From assembly GCA_963676835.2 (NCBI GenBank), contig CAXXFF010000001.1, positions 480,001 through 544,000 of the forward strand: DNA of 64,000 nt. Direction: 5' to 3'. Under the pieces are notes generated by a model. It was not told the DNA's origin. It made no database searches and worked only from the letters and a program-made list of their open reading frames with translations. Positions within the stretch are counted from its first letter, which is position 1. Each line of letters opens with the position of its first letter. Positions 29,092 through 38,916 of this stretch are shown one piece after another. Source of the stretch: Marispirochaeta sp. GTDB lineage: Bacteria > Spirochaetota > Spirochaetia > JC444 > Marispirochaetaceae. Both the position numbers and the translations under genes were made by a program.

Positions 29092-30212
29092 TTTCGGCTG
29101 CTCTCGTTTTCAGCAGTTTCCTCCACCAGCTGTGCGCAGAGGTTGGAACCGGAAAGGCCTGTAAGAGAGGCGGCAGCCTGCCCCATGGCAGCTCTTTTAT
29201 CCGGAGACGAGAGAAGTTCCAGCACCGCTGCCTGCAGGGATTTGCCGCAGGCATCTTCCCCTTCAAGAACCAGGGCGGCTCCTTTTTCCTGAAAATAAGC
29301 AGCATTCCGCAGCTGGTCTCCCCGGCTGCCGGAAGTGTCCAGAGGTATAAGAATCATGGCTTTCCCCAGGGTTCCGCACTCCCAGAGGGTCCCTGCTCCG
29401 GCACGGGTAATAACCAGATCCGCCGCTGATAGAATGTGAGGAATTTCCTCATTGATATACTCTTTGCGCACATAACCGGGAGCAGGTATCTCTTCACCAT
29501 TTCCGGCGCCGGTCTGGTGAATAATTTCGGCATGGGGCAGTATCTCCCGGTAGATTTCCTCCATGAGGGAGTTGATCTGGGATGCTCCCAGGCTTCCGCC
29601 GATGACAAAAATCAGTGGTTTGTCCCCTTTCAGTCCGAAAAGAGATTTTCCGGCGGCCCCATCGCCCTTGAGAACCTCCGGCCGGATCGGGTTGCCGGTG
29701 AGCACTGTTTTTTCCCTTAGATGGGCAGGGAAATAGCCGGCAGTCTTATCATAGGAGATGCAGATACGGCTGGCAAAACGGGAGTTTATTCTGGTGGCAA
29801 GTCCGGGATCAAGGTCGGATTCGTGGGTAATAACAGGAATCCTGCATAAACGGGCGGCAAGCACAGGCGGAACGGAAACATAACCCCCCTTTGAAAAGAG
29901 CAGTACCGGACGCTTACGGATCATCAGATAGAGACTTTTGAGTACCGCCCAGGATATATTGAAAATATCAGAAAAATTTCTGAATGAGAAATAGCGTCTC
30001 AGTTTACCCGCAGGCAGAGGTATATAGCGTATGCCCGCATTTTTAAGAATGGTACGTTCCATTCCTTTTGAAGAGCCTATCCAGTAAAGGTCCCGGGATT
30101 CGAAAAAGCCCCGTTCCTGCAGAACTCTTATAACAGCCAGGCCGGGATACACATGTCCGCCGGTCCCGCCGCCGGTAAAAAATACTGTCTGTTTGGCTCT
30201 CTTTTTCATCAA
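29088..30212 (-). CDS. murG: Undecaprenyl-PP-MurNAc-pentapeptide GlcNAc transferase
   Basis: TGGGTGGHVYP, KGGYVS, TGNPIR, GGSLGA, RAGAGT, DQLRNA. Confidence 0.95.
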   Translation of the reverse strand: MMKKRAKQTVFFTGGGTGGHVYPGLAVIRVLQERGFFESRDLYWIGSSKGMERTILKNAGIRYIPLPAGKLRRYFSFRNFSDIFNISWAVLKSLYLMIRKRPVLLFSKGGYVSVPPVLAARLCRIPVITHESDLDPGLATRINSRFASRICISYDKTAGYFPAHLREKTVLTGNPIRPEVLKGDGAAGKSLFGLKGDKPLIFVIGGSLGASQINSLMEEIYREILPHAEIIHQTGAGNGEEIPAPGYVRKEYINEEIPHILSAADLVITRAGAGTLWECGTLGKAMILIPLDTSGSRGDQLRNAAYFQEKGAALVLEGEDACGKSLQAAVLELLSSPDKRAAMGQAAASLTGLSGSNLCAQLVEETAENESSRK

Positions 30213-30216
30213 AAGC

Positions 30217-30246
30217 AGAGTACCATGGAGAGACAGCTCTTTTCAA
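30217..30246 (-). promoter_or_regulatory. sigma70 promoter of the murG operon, likely leaderless
   Basis: TTGAAA-18bp-TACTCT with TGn extension, 7 nt before ATG 30209; no SD. Confidence 0.55.
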
Positions 30247-30275
30247 TTATAAATAAACTCATGAAATTCCCCCAA

Positions 30276-30313
30276 TTAACGCAAAGCTAACAAAACCTTT
30301 ATACATCCCTCAC
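30276..30313 (+). promoter_or_regulatory. Pho-box-like 11-bp-period direct repeats upstream of pstS
   Basis: TTAAC/CTAAC/TTTAT/CTCAC at exact 11-bp spacing. Confidence 0.6.
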
Positions 30314-30372
30314 CCCGGGGGCCTATTTCTTACACAACATTTAATCATTCAATCCGATTATGGAGGAACGAA

Positions 30373-31209
30373 ATGAAGAAAGCTTTAGTTCTTGTATGCC
30401 TGCTTCTTACTGCAGGTCTTGTATTCGCCGGTGGTCAGTCTGAAGGTGCAGCTGACTCTGAAGGTCTTTCCGGAAACTACGCATTCGGTGGTTCAACTAC
30501 CCTCGAAGGTTTCCTTCGCCCCGCAATTGACGAGTTCACAGAGATGCACCCCGGTGTAACCATCTCTTACGACGCTCCCGGTTCTTCTGCCGGTGTTAAA
30601 GGCGCTCTTGACGGAACCTACAGCCTCGGTGCTGCTTCCCGGAAGATCAAACCCGAAGAGATTGAAGCTGGCGCAGTTGGTGTAGCCGTTGCTCTCGACG
30701 GTGTTGCAATTGTAGTTAACAAAGAGACCGTAACTATCGACAACCTGACCATGGATCAGATCTCCGAGATTTTCCAGGGAAAAATATCCAACTGGAAAGA
30801 GGTTGGCGGTCCGGACCATGCGATCACTGTTGTAAACCGTGACGAAGCTTCCGGAACCCGGGCTGCTTTTCACGAAGTAGCTGTTGGAAAGAAAGATTCT
30901 TTCACTGACAGTGCCATCATCACCACCGGTAACGGAGACATGGTTTCCAAAGTAGGATCCATTCCCTATGCTGTTGGTTACTGCGGGTTCGCTTACATCG
31001 AGAAAGATCCCGGAACCAAGGCTGTAACGGTAGAAGGTGTTGAGCCCACCATGGCTAACGTTCTTTCCATGGAGTTCCCCGTACAGCGCCCCCTGAACAT
31101 GGTTTACAAGGGAGAGCTCGGAGAAGTTGAGCAGGCTTTCCTGGACTTCCTTCTTTCTGCTGACGGCCAGGCCATCATCGCTGAAGAAGGTTTCATCAAG
31201 GTAAAATAA
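30373..31209 (+). CDS. pstS: Phosphate ABC transporter substrate-binding protein
   Basis: GGSTT, GSSAG, ASR, NWKEVGG, RDEASGTR. Confidence 0.92.
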   Translation: MKKALVLVCLLLTAGLVFAGGQSEGAADSEGLSGNYAFGGSTTLEGFLRPAIDEFTEMHPGVTISYDAPGSSAGVKGALDGTYSLGAASRKIKPEEIEAGAVGVAVALDGVAIVVNKETVTIDNLTMDQISEIFQGKISNWKEVGGPDHAITVVNRDEASGTRAAFHEVAVGKKDSFTDSAIITTGNGDMVSKVGSIPYAVGYCGFAYIEKDPGTKAVTVEGVEPTMANVLSMEFPVQRPLNMVYKGELGEVEQAFLDFLLSADGQAIIAEEGFIKVK

Positions 31210-31230
31210 TCAGTTCTGCTGATCAGCTTT

Positions 31231-31270
31231 AAAATCCGCCGGTTTATCTTTAGACCGGCGGATTTTTTTT
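31231..31270 (+). terminator. Terminator/attenuating hairpin after pstS
   Basis: AAAATCCGCCGGTTTA...TAGACCGGCGGATTTT plus T-tract. Confidence 0.85.
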
Positions 31271-31306
31271 AACACAATCTTAACAAAACATTTATCCGGC
31301 CTTCAC
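31269..31306 (+). promoter_or_regulatory. Second Pho-box-like array upstream of pstC
   Basis: TTAAC/TTAAC/TTTAT/TTCAC at 11-bp spacing, same pattern as before pstS. Confidence 0.6.
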
Positions 31307-31322
31307 GCTCAAACTATTTCTT

Positions 31323-32231
31323 ATGATCAAGGATTTACACAAGGAGTTATCCGTTTTGAAACTGAAAAAAACAGTGGAAGGATTTATCGAGCGTTTTCTT
31401 GCGCTATGTGCCTTCATCTCCGTACTCAGTGTTGTTTTCATTACCATATTTATCTTCCGTGAAGGACTTCCCCTATTCAAGGAAACCGATCCGTTCAGCT
31501 TCCTTTTTGGTTCAAAATGGTCGCCCACGGGCAATCCTCCCTCATATGGAATCCTCAGCTTTATTTTCGGCTCCCTCTGGGTTACCGGAGGCTCCCTTAT
31601 CCTGGCCCTGCCCATCGGACTTTCCGTCGGCATCTTCATGGCGGAATACGCAAAGGGAAGGTTTGCCGGGGCAATCCGTTCCGTTGTTGAGCTTCTGGCG
31701 GGTATTCCCTCGGTTATCTACGGGCTTTTCGGCTATATTGCCATAGCGCCGATTATCCGAACTCTGACCCCGTCGGAAACAGGTCTGGGAGTACTCACCG
31801 CCTCAATTGTGCTGGCAATTATGGTTCTTCCCACCATAATCAATATCACCGAAGTCTCTATCCGCGCAGTACCGGCGGAGCTTAAGGAAGCATCCCTGGG
31901 CCTTGGTGCAACCCACTGGCAGACGATTATCCGCACAATAATACCTGCGGCACACTCGGGTATTCTTGCAGGTATTGTACTGGGTATGGGACGCTCCATC
32001 GGTGAGACCATGGCGGTACTCATGGTTGCAGGAAATGCCATCACCATGCCGACCAATCCGCTCTCGTTGACCAGAACCCTCACCATGAACGTCGCAACCG
32101 ATATGTCCTATGCCTCCGGGGCTCACTGGACCAGTCTGTTCACCACCGGAATGGTACTGTTCGTCTTTATTCTGATTATCAACATTTCGGTACAGGTTCT
32201 TCTGAAACAGGCCGTCAAGGAGACCAAATAA
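31323..32231 (+). CDS. pstC: Phosphate ABC transporter permease PstC
   Basis: ELLAGIPSVIYG, EASLGLGAT, GRSIGETMAV. Confidence 0.93.
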   Translation: MIKDLHKELSVLKLKKTVEGFIERFLALCAFISVLSVVFITIFIFREGLPLFKETDPFSFLFGSKWSPTGNPPSYGILSFIFGSLWVTGGSLILALPIGLSVGIFMAEYAKGRFAGAIRSVVELLAGIPSVIYGLFGYIAIAPIIRTLTPSETGLGVLTASIVLAIMVLPTIINITEVSIRAVPAELKEASLGLGATHWQTIIRTIIPAAHSGILAGIVLGMGRSIGETMAVLMVAGNAITMPTNPLSLTRTLTMNVATDMSYASGAHWTSLFTTGMVLFVFILIINISVQVLLKQAVKETK

Positions 32232-33871
32232 TGGAACTCAGTAAATCTACCCGTATCAGCAAAATGCAGGAAAACATTGCCAGAGGGGTTATCTGGTCTT
32301 TTGCGGGCCTGACAATCGTTATCCTGGTCTGGATTGTAGGATATATTCTCTACCGCGGATTTTATTCCCGCCAGTATATCCCCTATGAGGTTCTTCCTAT
32401 AGAAGAGACCGTCCTCCCCGTTGACGCAGAGGGAGATGCGGGGCTTAAAGTTATAGTAAACAAGAAAATAAAACTCGATGTACTTACCATGAGTCAGCTT
32501 AATACCCTGTTTACCAAAAGCCGCCGGGAAAACTGGGGCTTTTATACACAGCAGGATATAAAGGTTCAGCCCTTTGCCTATAAATCGAACCAGAGCAGCA
32601 GTTCCTTCGAGTATAAAGCGGAAAACACACTGCTGATGGAGGCTGAGAAACTGTCGAAATATACAACCTTTGTATCCACCCCCCAAGAGATGATTGAGAT
32701 GGTTCACTCAACCCCCGGTGCAGTAGGCTACCTGCCTGCCGATTTTGACGGCAGCATTAAAGGGGTTAAAACAATACCGATCCGCAACTACGGCCTGATT
32801 TTCAATGCAGCCACCCTGGAAGTTGAAAACAACAAAAAACTTCAGGAGCTGGATGAAGATAAGCTGAAAGATATTTTCCGCAAAAGCGAAGAAAACTGGC
32901 TGGCCCTGGGAGGGATTGATCTTCCCGTAAAACCCGCGCTCTACGATTTCGGCAACGGTTTTCTCAAAAGCTTTACCGACACCTACATGAATAAAACTCC
33001 CATGGAGGCCGGTATCGCACTGTACAGCGATTTAGATAAATACTTCCAGTTTATCGCCGCTACTCCCGGAGCCGTGGGAGTTGCCCCCTATGCGGTAATA
33101 CAGGAGAAACAGCTCTCCTCGGTACCGGTAATTCATAAAGAGACCGGATGGAACCTTACCCTTGATTTTCTGATAAAGCCCCCTGCCCGCTCAGGTGCCT
33201 GGGGAGGTATCTCCTACATTATAATCAACACTCTGGTGCTGATCCTCGCAACCCTGCTGATCTCAACACCTATAGGTGTGGCGGCGGCTATCTATCTCAC
33301 AGAATACGCCAAACAGGGACCGCTGCTCAAACTCCTCAGAATGGGTACTGAAACCCTTGCGGGTATTCCCTCCATCGTTTTCGGACTCTTCGGCCGCATC
33401 TTCTTCGTGCAGATTCTCGGTATGGGGATCGGATTTCTCTCCTCCACCCTGACCATTACATTAATGATTCTGCCAACCATTGTACGCACCTCCGAGGAGG
33501 CACTCTCTGCAGTGCCCACTACTTTCAGGGAAGGATCCCTGGCTCTGGGAGCAACCAAGTTTGAAACTATCCGCAAGGTTGTACTTTCTGCAGCCAGCCC
33601 GGGAATACTTACCGGCGTAATTCTCGGTATCGGCCGGGTTGTCGGCGAGACAGCGGTTCTGCTCTACACCCTGGGATCAAGCTACGAGCTGGTTTCCGGC
33701 CCGAGCTCCCCTGCCCGCGTATTGAGCCTTCACCTCTACCTGCTCTTCTCCGAGGCGGTCTCATTCGACCGGGCCTTCGCCACCGGGACGGTGCTAATTT
33801 TCATTATTCTCATTGTAAACAGACTGACAACCAGAATGATCAGCCGTATGAACAAAATGGCGGGATCCTGA
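32231..33871 (+). CDS. pstA: Phosphate ABC transporter permease PstA with a large inserted extracytoplasmic domain
   Basis: C-terminal YLTEY, LAGIPSIVFG, EGSLALGAT, RVVGETA; ~260-aa soluble insert after TM1. Confidence 0.88.
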   Translation: MELSKSTRISKMQENIARGVIWSFAGLTIVILVWIVGYILYRGFYSRQYIPYEVLPIEETVLPVDAEGDAGLKVIVNKKIKLDVLTMSQLNTLFTKSRRENWGFYTQQDIKVQPFAYKSNQSSSSFEYKAENTLLMEAEKLSKYTTFVSTPQEMIEMVHSTPGAVGYLPADFDGSIKGVKTIPIRNYGLIFNAATLEVENNKKLQELDEDKLKDIFRKSEENWLALGGIDLPVKPALYDFGNGFLKSFTDTYMNKTPMEAGIALYSDLDKYFQFIAATPGAVGVAPYAVIQEKQLSSVPVIHKETGWNLTLDFLIKPPARSGAWGGISYIIINTLVLILATLLISTPIGVAAAIYLTEYAKQGPLLKLLRMGTETLAGIPSIVFGLFGRIFFVQILGMGIGFLSSTLTITLMILPTIVRTSEEALSAVPTTFREGSLALGATKFETIRKVVLSAASPGILTGVILGIGRVVGETAVLLYTLGSSYELVSGPSSPARVLSLHLYLLFSEAVSFDRAFATGTVLIFIILIVNRLTTRMISRMNKMAGS

Positions 33872-33915
33872 ATCAATCCCTAAGGGATCACAAGCAATAA
33901 ACCAGGAGTAAAGAG

Positions 33916-34674
33916 ATGGATAACAATATAAAACTGCAGTGTAAAGATCTTAACCTTTTCTATGGAGATTTTCAGGCTCTCCACGACATAAGCATGGACG
34001 TGGAAGCCAACAAGGTAACCGCCCTTATCGGCCCGTCAGGCTGCGGAAAATCGACCTTTTTAAGAACCCTTAACAGAATGAACGACATTCTTGACTATGT
34101 GCGCATAACCGGTGAAGTCAGCTACGACGGTGTTAACATCTTTACCGACTACGATGTAATCGAGCTGAGAAAGCGGATCGGCATGGTTTTCCAGAAACCG
34201 AACCCCTTTCCCATGAGTGTTTTCGACAACGTCGCCTACGGCCCCAAGCTTCACGGAGTCAAGGACAAATCCGAGCTGGAGGAGATTGTCGAGAAAGCTC
34301 TCCGGCAGGCGGCTATCTGGGATGAAATTAAAGACCGGCTCTACAAGCCTGCCCTGGGGATTTCCGGAGGGCAGCAGCAGAGACTCTGCATTGCCCGAAC
34401 CCTCGCGGTTAATCCCGATGTGGTTCTCATGGATGAACCAACTTCAGCCCTGGACCCGATATCAACCTCAAGAATCGAGGATCTTATCGATGAACTGAAA
34501 ACCCAATATACCATCATAATTGTAACCCACAACATGCAGCAGGCAGGCCGGGTATCGGACTACACCGCCTTCTTTCTCAACGGTGTTATAGAAGAGTTTG
34601 GAACCACTGAAAAAATATTCTTCAACCCGGAAAACCCCCAGACTGAAGCATATATAACCGGTAAGTTCGGCTGA
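33916..34674 (+). CDS. pstB: Phosphate ABC transporter ATPase
   Basis: [43 protein letters not shown]. Confidence 0.96.
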   Translation: MDNNIKLQCKDLNLFYGDFQALHDISMDVEANKVTALIGPSGCGKSTFLRTLNRMNDILDYVRITGEVSYDGVNIFTDYDVIELRKRIGMVFQKPNPFPMSVFDNVAYGPKLHGVKDKSELEEIVEKALRQAAIWDEIKDRLYKPALGISGGQQQRLCIARTLAVNPDVVLMDEPTSALDPISTSRIEDLIDELKTQYTIIIVTHNMQQAGRVSDYTAFFLNGVIEEFGTTEKIFFNPENPQTEAYITGKFG

Positions 34675-34702
34675 TATCAGTAATATGTAAGGAGCAGGCA
34701 GG

Positions 34703-35368
34703 ATGTCTTCAGTCCCCAGACGTCACTTCTCATCCAACCTCTATGACCTTCACCAGGAGATCCTCAAAATGGGAGTGCTGGTGGAGGAGATTATCCGCAA
34801 AGCTATCCTTGCCCTTAAAAACAGGGATGAGTTTCTGGCCGCAGAGGTACTGAAGGATGATGACGCCGTAAACGATATTGAAACCCGTATAAACGACAAG
34901 GCGGTTATCCTCCTGGCCACCGAGCAGCCCGTGGCAGGAGATCTGCGTTTTATAGTTTCTGCCATCAAGGCTGCCAATGAACTTGAACGCATAGCGGATC
35001 AGGCTGTGCATGTGGCTAAATGTTCTCTTAAGATCGGGGATGAAAAACTAATCAAACCCCTTGTAGACATTCCCCGCATGACAGAGCTCTGTATTCTGAT
35101 GATCCATGACATTCTGTCAGCACTGGTAGAAAATGATGCGGACAAAGCACGGAAAATCGCCGAAATGGATGACGAAATCGATGAACTTCACAATCGGGTA
35201 TCCCGGGAAATGGTCTCGTACATGCTTGAAGACAGTTCACGGATAAGTCAGGGGCTGGAACTCTCTTTTGCAGCCCGGTACATAGAGCGGATCGGGGATC
35301 ATGTAACCAATATCGCCGAGCTGATCGTCTATAACGCCACCGGAAAAAGAGTCGAATTAAACAGGTAA
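34703..35368 (+). CDS. phoU: Phosphate signalling protein PhoU
   Basis: QPVAGDLR, ELERIAD, ERIGDHVTNI. Confidence 0.95.
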   Translation: MSSVPRRHFSSNLYDLHQEILKMGVLVEEIIRKAILALKNRDEFLAAEVLKDDDAVNDIETRINDKAVILLATEQPVAGDLRFIVSAIKAANELERIADQAVHVAKCSLKIGDEKLIKPLVDIPRMTELCILMIHDILSALVENDADKARKIAEMDDEIDELHNRVSREMVSYMLEDSSRISQGLELSFAARYIERIGDHVTNIAELIVYNATGKRVELNR

Positions 35369-35407
35369 CAAAACAAAACCGTAACATAAAGGTACAGGAA
35401 AAGAACA

Positions 35408-36118
35408 ATGTCAGAAGAACGACTGCTTATTGTTGATGATGAAGAATACATCCGGGAGCTCCTCAGTTTCAATCTGAAAAAAGAGGGGTACGCCATATCT
35501 TCCGCCGCCAGCGGAGAGGAGGCTCTGGAATCAGTGCTGAGCAACCCTCCGGATCTGATAATCCTGGATCTTATGCTTCCGGGAGTTGATGGCATTGAAG
35601 TATGTCAGCGGCTGAAAAAAGATCCGAAAACCAGGAATATTCCGGTAATTATGATTACAGCAAAAAGCGAGGATACCGATGTTATTCTCGGACTCGAGAT
35701 AGGTGCTGATGATTATATCACCAAACCCTTCAGCCCCAGGATAATCACTGCCAGGGTAAGAGCGGTACTGCGAAGAAAAGGCAGCCCGGAAGATGAGGCG
35801 GCAAGGGGAGAAAAGTTTATCATCCACGATATAACCATAGATTTCGCCCGTCATGAGGTAACCTGCGGAGATGAAGCGGTGGACCTCAGCGTAACAGAGT
35901 TTTCCATCCTTGAGTTTCTTTCCCGCAATGCGGGCTGGGTTTTTTCCCGCAGCCAGATTATCGGGGCAGTCAAGGGAGACGATTACCCGGTTACTGAAAG
36001 GGCTGTGGACGTACAGATTCTGGGTTTACGCAAAAAACTTGGAGATCGGGGCAACTATATTGAGACTGTCCGCGGTGTCGGCTACCGCATGCGGGAATCT
36101 GTGGAGCAGGCGGTCTAA
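35408..36118 (+). CDS. phoB: PhoB/PhoP-like OmpR-family response regulator
   Basis: LDLMLPG, GADDYITKPF, IETVRGVGY; directly follows phoU. Confidence 0.8.
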   Translation: MSEERLLIVDDEEYIRELLSFNLKKEGYAISSAASGEEALESVLSNPPDLIILDLMLPGVDGIEVCQRLKKDPKTRNIPVIMITAKSEDTDVILGLEIGADDYITKPFSPRIITARVRAVLRRKGSPEDEAARGEKFIIHDITIDFARHEVTCGDEAVDLSVTEFSILEFLSRNAGWVFSRSQIIGAVKGDDYPVTERAVDVQILGLRKKLGDRGNYIETVRGVGYRMRESVEQAV

Positions 36119-37134
36119 TCGACGCAGGTCTGATTTCTTCCCTCAGCCTTGGCCCTGTACATGGCGGAATCGGCCCGGGCAATCCATGCTTCCCGGGTCT
36201 CCATTTTCTGAAACTGTGCAACCCCCAGGGAGGCAGTGTAGGTAATAACAGCCCCTTCAGCCTCTACACGGCAATCCATAATTGCCGTGCGGAAACGTTC
36301 GGCGATTATGAGAGCCTGATCCTTATAGGTATTGGGGAGAACAAGAAAGAATTCCTCTCCCCCGTATCTCCCGGCGTGGTCGTATTTTCTCAAGGTTCCC
36401 TGAAGCTTCATTCCTATTTCCCGGATAACCAGATCTCCCACAGGGTGTCCATAGTTATCGTTGATAAACTTGAAATGATCGATATCCATCATAATACCTG
36501 ACAGGGGCGTATTTGTACGCCGTGACCGTTCTATTTCGATATCGATAAGGGTAAAAAGACTCATACGGTTCAGCAGCCCTGAAAGCATGTCGTACTTGGC
36601 AATATGTTCAAGCTCTTCCTTGGTTTTCTCAAGCTGCTCCTTCTCCCCTTCAACTACTTCAAGGGTCTGTTTCAGATGGAGATGCCGATCGAGAATCTTA
36701 CTGGCAAGCTCCTCTTCCTGTTTCACCGCCTGGCGGTAAAACTCCCGCTCTTCGTAAAGGCGGACTTCGCTTCTGAGGCGGATATGTGATGCTTTTATGC
36801 GGGTCTGGAACTCGAGCTTGCGTAAAGGCTTCTGGATGTAATCATCAGCTCCTCCTTCGAGGGATTCATTGAGAAGCTTTTTTCTGGCAGCGGTAATGAC
36901 AATCTGCAGGGGGCGCTGGAAGTACTGCTTACGGAACTCCATGGCCAGCTCTCTCCACGAAGGATCCCTTACATCGAGGCTGATGACACAGATATTGATT
37001 TCTTCGCTTTTCAGAAAATTCAGGGCTTCACAGGAGCTTTCAGCAGCAAAAACCTGATAGCCTTCTCCCTCGAGGCAGGATTGCATGAATTCAAGATCTT
37101 CCAAGTGCGTATCAACCAGCAGAATACGGGTCAT
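36115..37134 (-). CDS. Diguanylate cyclase with degenerate N-terminal receiver domain
   Basis: DIDHFK, RKYD I-site, RYGGEEF; REC has Ser in place of the phospho-Asp (CVISLDV). Confidence 0.9.
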   Translation of the reverse strand: MTRILLVDTHLEDLEFMQSCLEGEGYQVFAAESSCEALNFLKSEEINICVISLDVRDPSWRELAMEFRKQYFQRPLQIVITAARKKLLNESLEGGADDYIQKPLRKLEFQTRIKASHIRLRSEVRLYEEREFYRQAVKQEEELASKILDRHLHLKQTLEVVEGEKEQLEKTKEELEHIAKYDMLSGLLNRMSLFTLIDIEIERSRRTNTPLSGIMMDIDHFKFINDNYGHPVGDLVIREIGMKLQGTLRKYDHAGRYGGEEFFLVLPNTYKDQALIIAERFRTAIMDCRVEAEGAVITYTASLGVAQFQKMETREAWIARADSAMYRAKAEGRNQTCVD

Positions 37135-37163
37135 GTACCACCTATTTCTTCACATATTTTTAT

Positions 37164-38450
37164 TTAAAGTCCCAGCAAGTAGAGCAGAACCTGAACCCCT
37201 CCTATAACTGATCCAAGAAATGCACCGAAAATATTGATCCACTTAAGCTGCTTCTCTATCACTTCTAATAATAATGTCTCAACTCTCTCAATAGCAAGAG
37301 AATCAATCCGGTTTACAACAAGTTTCTCAATATCGACCACCTGCAGTGCTCCGGGAACGGCTTTCCTTATCAGATCGCCCGCTGCATCGGCAACTACCGG
37401 TACAAGCTGTTCCGAACCGCCTCTGTTCCAGTCAAGCAGATCGCCGATGAGAACATTGTCCGGCAGGTGTCCCATCAGCTGCCGCAGGGAAAATTTTCCT
37501 ATACCCGCAAGCAGATCAGGCTTATCAAGAATTCCCCTGAAGGCATTGGAAAAGTCTTCTGAACCCTTGGTCCTAAACAGCTCCTTCAGCGACCTTTTTC
37601 TGTTTCTGTTAAGATACTCCCGGAATGTGCTCACAAGGGAATCAGCGGTACTGGGAGATTCTATACTTTCTGTCAGGCTCTGACTGAAGCGGTCCACCAG
37701 ATAAGACATCTTCTCTTCCATAGTCCGGTCGTACTGCCCGGCAATAACAAAAAGACGCTGAAAGCTGTTCAAACTGTCCACGGCATCCCGCATCAGCAGG
37801 ACTCCCCGGCGATGCAGCTCTCTGCGGGTTGCCGGTCGATTAAGCCACTGAAGGATAAGTTCCCGCAGCAGAGGAAAGGCCCGTTCCATGGCGGCAATTA
37901 CTGCCGATTCCACAGAGGGGGAGACCAAATCGCCAAGGGTACATTCCTGGCTCAGCTTTGTATCGAGAAACCCTTTCTCCTCAAGGCCGGGATCACTGCC
38001 GCAGGCAAAGTTCTCCAGAAATGAGCGGAGAGAGCTGTTTAAAAGTTCGTGCAGCCCCCGGGAGCTGCCCACTGTCTGGAGTACAGCAGGAATAAATCCC
38101 TCTTTTCCATCCAGGCTCTGCAGCAGAGGCTTCAGGGGCAGATCGGCCCATTCATTTCCGGTTTTTAACAGAGCATCTTCGACTGCATGTCTGAAAGAGT
38201 CGGTTTCAAGCTGGGCGGTTACCGACTCTTCTGTAAACAGTTCCCGGGCAACCTGGCGTCCGATGCTTTTTGAAAGCTCATAGCGCTGCCTGGGTATTAT
38301 CCCCGGTGTCAGAGGCACCGGAATACCCAGAAACCTTTTCTTCTCATGAGGCCGGAATAGCATGATTATGGCAATTTTATTGGTTACATAGCCGATAAGC
38401 GCCCCGGCTGCGGGGGGAATAGTAAGGGCTGCAATAAATCCCGGGTCCAT
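37164..38450 (-). CDS. DUF445 family membrane protein
   Basis: GALIGYVTNKIAIIMLFRP N-terminus; LKWINIFGAFLGSVIG C-terminus. Confidence 0.85.
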   Translation of the reverse strand: MDPGFIAALTIPPAAGALIGYVTNKIAIIMLFRPHEKKRFLGIPVPLTPGIIPRQRYELSKSIGRQVARELFTEESVTAQLETDSFRHAVEDALLKTGNEWADLPLKPLLQSLDGKEGFIPAVLQTVGSSRGLHELLNSSLRSFLENFACGSDPGLEEKGFLDTKLSQECTLGDLVSPSVESAVIAAMERAFPLLRELILQWLNRPATRRELHRRGVLLMRDAVDSLNSFQRLFVIAGQYDRTMEEKMSYLVDRFSQSLTESIESPSTADSLVSTFREYLNRNRKRSLKELFRTKGSEDFSNAFRGILDKPDLLAGIGKFSLRQLMGHLPDNVLIGDLLDWNRGGSEQLVPVVADAAGDLIRKAVPGALQVVDIEKLVVNRIDSLAIERVETLLLEVIEKQLKWINIFGAFLGSVIGGVQVLLYLLGL

Positions 38451-38465
38451 TACAAAACCGTGGGG

Positions 38466-38885
38466 CTAGCGGCTTTCCCTGGCCGCTCTGAGAGCCTGTT
38501 CCTTGGTACTGTACATCTCAACATAAGCTCCGAAGACCCAGCCGATGAGCCCGTCATAGGAAACCTGGTACCAGTAGCCTTCCCGTCCTTCAACCTCAAG
38601 CTTCCTGCCGGACTGGCTCAAAACCTCAAGCACCACATCACGCCGGTTCCAGAAAGTAGTAACCACATCGCTTCCAGCATCGGGAGCGGAACGCAGTCTC
38701 AGATGAGAAGAGGTGATGACACCCCATTTTTCCCGCATGGAGAGAATCGGCGTGGGCGGCAGGTTTATGGACGTTACCGGCTCTTCTTTTGCGCAGGAGG
38801 CAGCAAGTACCAGGAGAAAAATGGAATATACTGCAAATCTGCCCTTTAACTGCTTACACCGCATTCTGTTACAACTCTTTCTCAT
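38466..38885 (-). CDS. SH3b-domain lipoprotein
   Basis: Lipobox-like LAASC; LRLRSAP...WYQV...GWVFG. Confidence 0.75.
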   Translation of the reverse strand: MRKSCNRMRCKQLKGRFAVYSIFLLVLAASCAKEEPVTSINLPPTPILSMREKWGVITSSHLRLRSAPDAGSDVVTTFWNRRDVVLEVLSQSGRKLEVEGREGYWYQVSYDGLIGWVFGAYVEMYSTKEQALRAARESR

Positions 38886-38916
38886 TAATGAATCTTATAT
38901 AAGGATATCGGCATGG

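Noticed and set aside
38905..38912. sigma28 -10 (GCCGATAT) on the minus strand
   Set aside because: No TAAA-like -35 at the right spacing; a sigma70 promoter explains the region
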